Positions 45,677 through 53,216 of a DNA stretch of 64,000 bases are shown one piece after another; position 1 is the stretch's first letter; the number at the start of each line of letters is the position of its first letter. The notes beneath the pieces were generated by a model that searched no databases, was not told the origin of the DNA, and saw only the letters and a program-made list of their open reading frames with translations. This stretch comes from Patescibacteria group bacterium (GTDB lineage Bacteria > Patescibacteriota > Minisyncoccia > Phycocordibacterales > UBA2100). The position numbers were made by a program, and so were the translations under genes. Where the stretch lies: NCBI GenBank assembly GCA_038064835.1, contig JBBTSD010000001.1, forward strand, positions 28,422 to 92,421. Direction: 5' to 3'.

Positions 45677-46483
45677 TCATCGCGCTCTCCACTCGATCCT
45701 CATTTTAAGAATGCGAGCTACGACTGCTTCAGCTGTGCGCCTTATTTCCGCCTGATGAGCATCGCGGGCAATATAGTGCAGCACAAGTTCCGGATAGATG
45801 CGCATCATCTCATCCGTGTAGTGCTGTATCGCCTTGCCGCGCGCGGTCATTGTAAGAGTTTGTGACGCGCGAATGAGCTTGAGCCGCGCTTGTTTCATTC
45901 GGATAGAGCGCTTGGCATCAAGAATGACTAGTGTCGGCCCCGCTCCGCACACCCAGATACCTCCTGCCTCGACAATGACAGACACCGACATGATATTCGC
46001 TCGATGGAGATATCTTGAGTTGTATTCCGCACAATCGTCTGAACCTGTGGGCCCGACGAGCAATTCCGACGGTTTGGGTAGGGAAAGTGCCGGATATTTG
46101 CCATTATTATTTTCCGCCACATACCGTTTCGTAAAGAAATCGGCCGAATGGCTGTGTAGAGTGAACAGGAAGCGCAGGGCTTCGCTTGGGGCATCTGAAG
46201 GCACGAGCTTGAAGAGTTGAGCGTCGGTGACATCTCGAGGTACAAAGCCTATGCTTCCTTCGGATACAACAACGGCGCAGGCCGAGTTCGTCTGCACGCT
46301 GTTGCATAGCATCGAAGCCGAATATTCAGGTTCTCCGCCACCCGGCAGTGCGCGCGCACGAAGAATAGCAATCACTTCGTGCAACTCTGCCTTGCTAGGG
46401 GAGGTTTTTTCTTCTGCGCGCACCGAACCAAACAGTGCAACACCAAGGGCACACAAGGTAACAAACAGTAGTCCTTTTCTCAT
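45677..46483 (-). CDS. Hypothetical secreted protein (signal peptide)
   Basis: N-terminal MRKGLLFVTLCALGVALFGSVRA; no family recognised. Confidence 0.5.
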   Translation of the reverse strand: MRKGLLFVTLCALGVALFGSVRAEEKTSPSKAELHEVIAILRARALPGGGEPEYSASMLCNSVQTNSACAVVVSEGSIGFVPRDVTDAQLFKLVPSDAPSEALRFLFTLHSHSADFFTKRYVAENNNGKYPALSLPKPSELLVGPTGSDDCAEYNSRYLHRANIMSVSVIVEAGGIWVCGAGPTLVILDAKRSIRMKQARLKLIRASQTLTMTARGKAIQHYTDEMMRIYPELVLHYIARDAHQAEIRRTAEAVVARILKMRIEWRAR

Positions 46484-46625
46484 TTTCCATACTCCACTGC
46501 TTCCGTTATCATGACATATTCTAGTATAATTTCAAGGATTGTGGCGACTTGCTTTTTATTGAATACATGTCATTATTTTTATAGGCGTGACGCAGAGACG
46601 ACATGCCGCATCAGGAGAGAGTGTT

Positions 46626-47066
46626 ATGACAAAAAAGCCTTCCCGCTCGCGGGAAGAGCGCTTCAGTAGAACTAATGTGCCGCCCTCACTCGAAGTAGCG
46701 CATGATCGCTTTGCCGATCTTGGTGAAGACATGCTCCGCATCGACGGTGACTTGGCCGCAGCTTCGACTGATTTGCGTGACCCGACATTCCCTGAACACA
46801 AGAAAGCAGAGCTTCGTGAGTGGCGCACGCGCGCTATCAGGGCACGGAGCTGTATTGGCAGGGAACGCAAGTGGCTCGAAGAGTGGTTGCGGCAACAGGT
46901 GATCGGGTCCAATACTACCGGCCCGAGAGCACATGTCTTTCTTCGACGCGCTCACAAGATCCTTGCGGAACTTGTGCAAGAGGACGCCGTCGAGTTCTTT
47001 CCTGAAGAAATCAGATTTATTCAAGACACAGGCAGGATTCTAGAGATTGCGCGGGCAGTTTCATAG
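46626..47066 (+). CDS. Hypothetical protein
   Basis: The ORF opens at 46587; the first plausible ATG is at 46626; an intrinsic terminator follows it. Confidence 0.4.
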   Translation: MTKKPSRSREERFSRTNVPPSLEVAHDRFADLGEDMLRIDGDLAAASTDLRDPTFPEHKKAELREWRTRAIRARSCIGRERKWLEEWLRQQVIGSNTTGPRAHVFLRRAHKILAELVQEDAVEFFPEEIRFIQDTGRILEIARAVS

Positions 47067-47076
47067 AAATTAAGAG

Positions 47077-47098
47077 CCGGGTTTGTACCCGGTTTTTT
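47077..47098 (+). terminator. Rho-independent terminator (CCGGGT-ttgt-ACCCGG followed by T6)
   Basis: A classic stem-loop plus a run of six T. Confidence 0.65.
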
Positions 47099-47121
47099 CA
47101 TATCCGTGCACGGGAAGACTT

Positions 47122-47364
47122 TTAAATCAGCCCAGCTTTTTTGAGTACTTGGTGCGCGCCGTGTTTGCGAATTGTCTTAATACCCTTTGCTGATACAACA
47201 ACAATGATGCTCTTGCCGAGTTCAGGAATGAAAATCTTCTTTTTCTGGAGGTTTACATGGCGACGACGCTTGCCGGTAGGGTTGAATTGGGTGGCACGCG
47301 TGCGGTTTGAATATCCGCCGCCGACGCGAGAGCGTTTCCCAGTGATTGCGCATTCCTTTGCCAT
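47122..47364 (-). CDS. rpmB: 50S ribosomal protein L28
   Basis: MAKECAITGKRSRVGGGYSNRTRATQFNPTGKRRRHVNLQKKK... is typical bL28. Confidence 0.85.
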   Translation of the reverse strand: MAKECAITGKRSRVGGGYSNRTRATQFNPTGKRRRHVNLQKKKIFIPELGKSIIVVVSAKGIKTIRKHGAHQVLKKAGLI

Positions 47365-47521
47365 AGTGTCGAGTATGGTACCATCACATTATGGATTATG
47401 CAATTGGCGTATCCCTTCGTTGCTTCGTGCGGCGATTTTCTCCACCGTACTAACATAGTACGCTTGCGAAAATCACCTTCTCACGCCTCGGGTTACATCC
47501 AATTCCATAATCCATACCATT

Positions 47522-48157
47522 ATGCAAATCGACATCATATTCAACATTGTCATCATTGTCTTCTCGGTAGTTATTCACGAGGTATCGCACGGCTACATGG
47601 CCAACTTTCTGGGAGATCCAACAGCCCGCCTCCAGGGCAGGCTGACACTCAATCCTATCAGCCACCTAGACCCTTTCGGATCGGTTATATTGCCACTCAT
47701 GCTCTCGCTCTCAAGCTCGCCACTTCTTTTCGGGTGGGCAAAGCCAGTCCCGTATAATCCCTACAATTTGCGGCGCGGGGGACTGTGGTCGGAGGCCTTG
47801 GTTGCTGGCGCTGGCCCTGCGTCAAACCTTGCCATCGCACTGATGTTCGCACTTTTCATTCGCATCGGTTCGAACATGGGTGTTTCTGAAAGCGTGCTCG
47901 CGCTGTCACTCATGGTGGTGGGTATCAATGTCATGTTGGCGCTGTTTAATCTCGTGCCGATTCCACCACTCGATGGCTCAAAAATTCTGTCGGCAATTTT
48001 GCCAAGAGGTATGGCGCAACGCTGGGAGGTGGTGCGTGTCCAGTTAGAGCAGAACCTGCTATTTGGGTTTGGGGCCGTCATTCTTTTTGTCATGTTGCTC
48101 GGTCCCTTGCTCGGAGGTACCGTGAGAAGTGTCGCGTATTTCCTTGCCGGTATATAA
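47522..48157 (+). CDS. Site-2 protease family (peptidase M50) membrane metalloprotease
   Basis: HEVSHGYMANFLGD ... NLVPIPPLDGSKIL (HExxH and LDG motifs) in a polytopic protein. Confidence 0.75.
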   Translation: MQIDIIFNIVIIVFSVVIHEVSHGYMANFLGDPTARLQGRLTLNPISHLDPFGSVILPLMLSLSSSPLLFGWAKPVPYNPYNLRRGGLWSEALVAGAGPASNLAIALMFALFIRIGSNMGVSESVLALSLMVVGINVMLALFNLVPIPPLDGSKILSAILPRGMAQRWEVVRVQLEQNLLFGFGAVILFVMLLGPLLGGTVRSVAYFLAGI

Positions 48158-48320
48158 ACCCAATGAACTCAAGTTTTAAAAAGTTCATTGGTATATAACC
48201 ACGGCGTACCACAAGAGTACTTCAGAAAACATAGTCGCTGTCACTCCTTGTTTTCTTGGTCGTCGGAGAAAATGAAAGAAAATCTTTCGCTTTCTCCTCG
48301 CTTGTGGTTATAGTACCGCG

Positions 48321-48713
48321 ATGGTGCGCGTAAAGATTATAGTTGCTCTGGCACTTGCAGTACTTTTGGGCGGATTCGTACTTCTTTTGTACTTGGCGCA
48401 AAGCAATGTGGCGCACAGCGTTGCTATGACAGATGATATGCAGGTGGCAATCGTACTTACACCAACCGGATATGAACCAAAAGAAGTGCGTGTAAAAAAG
48501 GGAACAACCGTTTTGTTTACCACTACCATCGGACATGCACATTGGCCATCGTCGGATTTGCATCCGTCGCACATGATTTACGCCGAGTTTGATCCGAAAC
48601 GACCACTAAAATCCGACGAGGCTTGGAGCTTTGGTTTTGACAAAGTGGGTACCTGGGGATTTCACGATCATATACGCGCCTATTTCACCGGGGTTATTTA
48701 TGTCGAAGAATAG
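48321..48713 (+). CDS. Membrane-anchored cupredoxin-like fold protein lacking the Cys copper ligand
   Basis: YEPKEVRVKKGTTVLFTTTIGHAHWP...FGFDKVGTWGFHDHIRAYFTGVIYV resembles a cupredoxin beta-sandwich with H/D/H where C/H/M would be. Confidence 0.45.
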   Translation: MVRVKIIVALALAVLLGGFVLLLYLAQSNVAHSVAMTDDMQVAIVLTPTGYEPKEVRVKKGTTVLFTTTIGHAHWPSSDLHPSHMIYAEFDPKRPLKSDEAWSFGFDKVGTWGFHDHIRAYFTGVIYVEE

Positions 48714-49914
48714 AATTCTGTTCTCTGGCGCAGGATGCTTCTTGCTTCTGTGTCTTGGGTGGCTTGTTTGGTCGTTCTTGGTGTCAGTATCGTCAAATAA
48801 TATATCGGCAATCACAGCTTGTGCCCAGGAATTTACCGGTCAATCAGAGCGGATAAATTGCTGGTATCGGTTGATTGAAAAAGAAATCATCAAAGATGGT
48901 GTGCCCGCAGGTATGCATGCCTTCACCTACATATATGACAACTATCCAGACTTTGTTTCAACAGGATGCCATGTGCATGCCCACAAAGTGGGAGACATGG
49001 TTTATTACGGCGTCTACTTGGCCGATCCTCGGCTCGAGGCACTTGAGTATCCCGATTCACTCACTGCGTGCGGCTACGGATTTTTTCACGGGTTTCTTGA
49101 ACACCTAATCCAAGATCATCCGACAACAAAATTTGTCACAGAAACATGTGAGTGGATGAGTGAGCGTCTGGAGGAAAGAATGCCCGCGATACGCACCATT
49201 TGCTATCACGGTTCCGGACATGGTTTTACTCTCGCTCAGGTAGAAAAAGTACCACAGGCGCAGTGGGGCGATCTGATTGCTTTCACTAAAGACCCGCTTG
49301 AAAAATGCGACGCTCTTTCCGTGCCGAGAGAGATTGAGCGAGAGGAGTGTCGCGAAGGCGTGTTCAATGTACTTATCAATTGGGCAGAGGGAGGTGAGTA
49401 TGGGTTTTCGTTTAATCGCGATAACCCGCTTGTGATTTGTGATGCTTTCGAGAAAAAGTGGCGACACGCATGCTATTACGAGTTTTCGCAAAAGCTGGAC
49501 CATATTGCACGAAGAGATGTGATGGAATTATGGCGGGTGGCAAATAAAATCAAAGACAGAGATGAGGCATCTGTCGTATTTCGTGTGGCCATGGCGGGCG
49601 CGGTTCAACAGACTATTGCCGACGGTACTTATATCGGCCTCACAAAGAAGTGTCTTTTGGCCGGCCCTCAAGTGGAGAACATGTGTATTGAAAGTATTGT
49701 GAATGGCCTATTTGAGCACGGTTCTCCGCGGAAAGAGCATGATAAGGCTCTCGCGTTTTGTATGGAAGAGTGGCTGAATGATGCCCAACGCACTCAATGT
49801 TATACGGCGGTTGCGACGCGGCTCTTGCGATTTCATACCAGAGAAGATGCTGATGATGATTGCAGAGACTTTCCCAAAGAGTATCAAAGCATGTGCCTTA
49901 GGGCTCGCCCATAA
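48703..49914 (+). CDS. Membrane-anchored Cys/His-rich hypothetical protein; a paralog lies at 63449-64000
   Basis: ATG at 48703 overlaps the upstream stop by 11 nt; conserved CHVHAHKVG and CGYGFFHG blocks. Confidence 0.5.
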   Translation, partial: SKNRILFSGAGCFLLLCLGWLVWSFLVSVSSNNISAITACAQEFTGQSERINCWYRLIEKEIIKDGVPAGMHAFTYIYDNYPDFVSTGCHVHAHKVGDMVYYGVYLADPRLEALEYPDSLTACGYGFFHGFLEHLIQDHPTTKFVTETCEWMSERLEERMPAIRTICYHGSGHGFTLAQVEKVPQAQWGDLIAFTKDPLEKCDALSVPREIEREECREGVFNVLINWAEGGEYGFSFNRDNPLVICDAFEKKWRHACYYEFSQKLDHIARRDVMELWRVANKIKDRDEASVVFRVAMAGAVQQTIADGTYIGLTKKCLLAGPQVENMCIESIVNGLFEHGSPRKEHDKALAFCMEEWLNDAQRTQCYTAVATRLLRFHTREDADDDCRDFPKEYQSMCLRARP

Positions 49915-50003
49915 TGCGTCGTTGAACAATTGATTCACCCACATTACTTGCATTTATTGCCATGCCATAGTACGCTCTTCGGGCCTGAAAGGGCTTTTTT
50001 TAC

Positions 50004-50414
50004 ATGGCGACAATCAATCAACTCATAAAGAAAAACCGAAAGGACCCGGTGCGGCGTTCGCAGGTCATGGCACTCGGGCGCGGTTTTAATCGTCTCAAGA
50101 ATCGTCCGTCGTTCTACCCGTCTCCATTCAAGCGTGGTGTGTGCACCAAAGTAACCACCAAGACTCCTCGTAAGCCAAACTCTGCTATCCGCAAGATTGC
50201 GCGTGTGCGTTTGACAAACGGTATGGAAATCACCGCGTATATTCCTGGTGAAAAGCACACCCTGCAAGAGCACTCAGTGGTGTTGGTCCGCTCAGGTCGT
50301 GTTAAGGATGTTGGCTTGCGTTACACGGTTGTGCGTGGCAAGTTTGACGCCGCAGGTGTCGACGGGCGTCGTCGTGGCCGATCTCGCTATGGGGCCAAGA
50401 AGCCAAAGAAATAA
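50004..50414 (+). CDS. rpsL: 30S ribosomal protein S12
   Basis: [10 protein letters not shown]...[73 protein letters not shown]. Confidence 0.95.
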   Translation: MATINQLIKKNRKDPVRRSQVMALGRGFNRLKNRPSFYPSPFKRGVCTKVTTKTPRKPNSAIRKIARVRLTNGMEITAYIPGEKHTLQEHSVVLVRSGRVKDVGLRYTVVRGKFDAAGVDGRRRGRSRYGAKKPKK

Positions 50415-50438
50415 GGAAGTAAGGAATAAAAATAATAT

Positions 50439-50900
50439 ATGCGCCGACCATTTAAAAAGAAGCATCGAGCTACTCCCGACCCTGTTTACGGTTCTCTACT
50501 CGTTTCCAAGCTCACCAACTATGTAATGGAGCGCGGCAAGAAAGACACTGCTCGTCGCGTTGTATACGCTATGCTCGAAGATCTCAAGAAAGAAGGTGAC
50601 CCCATTACTATCCTCGAGACGGCTATCAAGAATGTTGAGCCGGCAATGGAGGTGCGATCTCGTCGTGTGGGAGGAGCAAACTACCAAGTGCCTACCCCAG
50701 TGCGTCCTGAACGCCAGCTGGCCCTCTCTCTTCGCTGGATTATCGGCGCCGCTCGCGCAAAGAAAGGGACTCCTCTCGCACAAAAACTTTCCACAGAAAT
50801 TCTCGCGGCTCACAAAGGAACCGGAGAAGCGGTCGGCAAGCGCGACAACATGCACAAGATGGCCGAGGCCAACAAGGCATTTGCACACTTTGCGTGGTAA
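50439..50900 (+). CDS. rpsG: 30S ribosomal protein S7
   Basis: Full-length uS7 match (…ANYQVPTPVRPERQLALSLRWIIGAARAKKG…). Confidence 0.95.
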   Translation: MRRPFKKKHRATPDPVYGSLLVSKLTNYVMERGKKDTARRVVYAMLEDLKKEGDPITILETAIKNVEPAMEVRSRRVGGANYQVPTPVRPERQLALSLRWIIGAARAKKGTPLAQKLSTEILAAHKGTGEAVGKRDNMHKMAEANKAFAHFAW

Positions 50901-50927
50901 TACCATCGCCACTAGTCGAACGCTTTA

Positions 50928-50951
50928 GACACCTTCTTTTTCTTTGGTGTC
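50928..50951. terminator. Hairpin (GACACC-ttctttttcttt-GGTGTC) between the rpsG stop and the converging SagB-like gene
   Basis: A 6-bp stem with a large pyrimidine loop; weak. Confidence 0.3.
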
Positions 50952-50962
50952 GACGGTAATGC

Positions 50963-51679
50963 TCACAATTGGGTGATTTCCTTTTGTCGGGCCGCCAGCG
51001 CTCCGTACACCACCAGCTCTTCTTGGGGATCAATATCAAGCACTTTTTCAATTGCCTGGTGGTCGAGGCCTCCGAACGGGCGCAGGCGCACTCCGAGCGC
51101 TGTAGCAACGAGCGCCATGTTTTGCATGATATGACCCGCTTCAAGGAGGGCGAGCGGATACGCGAAGTCGTGGTACTTGCGCGAAGATTTTTCAAGGGAG
51201 GCAGTTAGAAGTAGTACATTCGCTCCTTGCAAAGACTCTGTTCGCGAGACATATGTCTCGACTTTTTCTTGTGTGGACAACGCCCACAGATGCTCGAGAG
51301 CATGCACATCAGGCCGGTAGTGAAAAACTGCACGCTGGAGTGTCTCGACGGAAAATGCGAGTAGATATGCTTCAATAGGATAGTACCCACCCCCAGAGGG
51401 ATATGGACGGCGTTTTCGTTCCGTGAGCTTCATCGCTCCGCCGAGCAGGTGTGAGATGTCCGAAAAAGAGAGTGGTGCGCACGCGGAGGGCATATCAGAG
51501 TTTCTCAATTCGAGCGCTCTGAAGAGGGATACTTCTGGATCAGAGAGGTGGTCCATTGGTACGAGCTCCATGCGCTCGTATCTCTTTGCCAGGCGTGTCT
51601 CGTGCAGATGTGCTGTTCCATGTGTAAAACGGCTGTCTTGAAAGTGTTGATGTATTTCCCGGTAAAGATTGTGAGGCAT
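50963..51679 (-). CDS. SagB-type (McbC-like) FMN-dependent dehydrogenase of the nitroreductase superfamily
   Basis: KRRPYPSGGGYYPIEAYL is the hallmark motif of SagB-type dehydrogenases. The likely start is at 51679 (MPHNLYRE...), 7 nt downstream of the YcaO stop; the ORF track extends it to 51796. Confidence 0.75.
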   Translation of the reverse strand: MPHNLYREIHQHFQDSRFTHGTAHLHETRLAKRYERMELVPMDHLSDPEVSLFRALELRNSDMPSACAPLSFSDISHLLGGAMKLTERKRRPYPSGGGYYPIEAYLLAFSVETLQRAVFHYRPDVHALEHLWALSTQEKVETYVSRTESLQGANVLLLTASLEKSSRKYHDFAYPLALLEAGHIMQNMALVATALGVRLRPFGGLDHQAIEKVLDIDPQEELVVYGALAARQKEITQL

Positions 51680-51686
51680 GACAGAG

Positions 51687-53216
51687 TTATGCAAACGGAT
51701 GGGGCTCCTCGGCGAAAGGAGTTTCTCGTGGAGTGTATCCGAAAAGTTTTGGAATTTCAGTGAGACGCGCACCACCAAGACAGGGAAAACGCTCATTGAT
51801 ATGCAAAGGTTGTAACTCGGGAATCACGACGAATTCCACATGCCATGGTGTCGGATTTTTCGGGGAGATGCCGAGCGGGACAGAGGCGCATCCATACCCA
51901 CGCTCTGTGCACCACCCTACGATTCTATCCAGATGTTCGTCTTTGGTGTCGTGTTCCCACATGGCTTGTACGGGCTTTTCCAGCACTCCATTGGTGAGAA
52001 ATGCGAGGCGCGCCGCGCGTTTTGTATCCGTCCAATAAACCGCGCGCTCGAAATGCTTGATGCGATGTGGCACGATTGCATCTACGCTGTAGAGGTGCCG
52101 CCACGAAGAGCGAATATTTTTTCGAATACGAAGTGCCTCGCGTATCGCATGTGCGGCCGCTTCCGACAAGCGCGCATGTACGCCAAGCCCGAGTACGACA
52201 GGAACCCCGCCAGGAGCATCATCTCGGATGACAGCGCAGACAACATGCGCAGGTGCATCCGTAGGGAGCTTGATAATATCCGCACGCAGACGATAGCGCT
52301 CCATCCGTTGCAGTAACAGCGAGAGCTCATCGGACTTGTGTGCCAAATAATCGAGCGCGATGCGTGGGCAGGTGAGCTGATTAAGCCACATGATCATAAA
52401 CGCATCGCGCTCGATTATCTCGAGCGCACCATTAAGAAGTGCAAATTCCCGTGTTGGTCCGGTAGCGAGCCCTGTAGTAATTCTGGGTCGTAGCATCGGC
52501 TCTCGTTTTTCCTGGAGATACTTTCCACTTGAAGTGATTTGTGCGGGAATATACATACGTGCGTTTGTTTTAAGGCAACGACCTCTAACCCATGCAAATG
52601 CTGAATCATGCGGTACTGCGGTGGAGCGCTGTGCTCGTTGCGCCCTAGAAAAACCCGCAAAAGAGGAAATGGGGAGGTGTCGCTTCTTGGCCATATCTTG
52701 TTCTGTGCTCCAGCACAGGCCCTGCATGTGTTCGGTGTCATAGCGCCACAGGTGTCTCTCCAGACATTCGGCAAGGGCGGAAGCCAGCGCCTGCGGGTCA
52801 GATGTCGCTGAAGACCCGCCGGCCGCCTCGTCCTTCGCGAATTGCGCGCTCCATGCGTGCATGTGTGGCTCGTCAGGCATGTGGCCGGTTTGTCGAATAC
52901 CGAGAAGTATTCCAGCATCTTGAAGATTACGCACAATAGGGCGAAGCGGCAGCATGTCGCTCTGAGAAAGACGAGTGGCGTCGCGTACCAGCTCGGCTCC
53001 AAACGAAGCCTCAACAGACTCCGCAAATGCCGCCCGTGCTTTTTCGAACACATTTCCCGAACGATACTCTGTAACGACTCGAGATACAGAGCGAAGTGTC
53101 ATGAGGGGAGTATACCAATGGGCAGATATCGTCGAGCATTGACATATCTCCGTAGCGGTTGTGTTCCGCCGGTTGTGGACACGATACCCTGATACCATGA
53201 CGCCATCTTCCGCCAT
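51687..53216 (-). CDS. YcaO-domain protein (standalone cyclodehydratase-type YcaO with a C-terminal PxPxP-like tail)
   Basis: YcaO motifs ALAECLERHLW and TTGLATGPTREFALLNGALEIIERDAFMIMW; the C-terminus is ...EEPHPFA. Confidence 0.8.
   Translation of the reverse strand: MAEDGVMVSGYRVHNRRNTTATEICQCSTISAHWYTPLMTLRSVSRVVTEYRSGNVFEKARAAFAESVEASFGAELVRDATRLSQSDMLPLRPIVRNLQDAGILLGIRQTGHMPDEPHMHAWSAQFAKDEAAGGSSATSDPQALASALAECLERHLWRYDTEHMQGLCWSTEQDMAKKRHLPISSFAGFSRAQRAQRSTAVPHDSAFAWVRGRCLKTNARMYIPAQITSSGKYLQEKREPMLRPRITTGLATGPTREFALLNGALEIIERDAFMIMWLNQLTCPRIALDYLAHKSDELSLLLQRMERYRLRADIIKLPTDAPAHVVCAVIRDDAPGGVPVVLGLGVHARLSEAAAHAIREALRIRKNIRSSWRHLYSVDAIVPHRIKHFERAVYWTDTKRAARLAFLTNGVLEKPVQAMWEHDTKDEHLDRIVGWCTERGYGCASVPLGISPKNPTPWHVEFVVIPELQPLHINERFPCLGGARLTEIPKLFGYTPRETPFAEEPHPFA

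Noticed and set aside
49915-50003. Possible S12 leader hairpin/terminator (GCC-tgaaag-GGC + T7) and -35/-10-like hexamers upstream of rpsL
   Set aside because: The stem is only 3-4 bp and the hexamer spacing is poor. Too weak to call.
53161-53216. Apparent 56-nt overlap of the divergent YcaO-fusion and standalone-YcaO coding starts
   Set aside because: It is probably an artefact of taking the longest ORF. Internal ATGs (53197/53215 on +) give non-overlapping back-to-back starts. My manual frame check here was off by 1 nt relative to the ORF track, so exact start codons remain unresolved.
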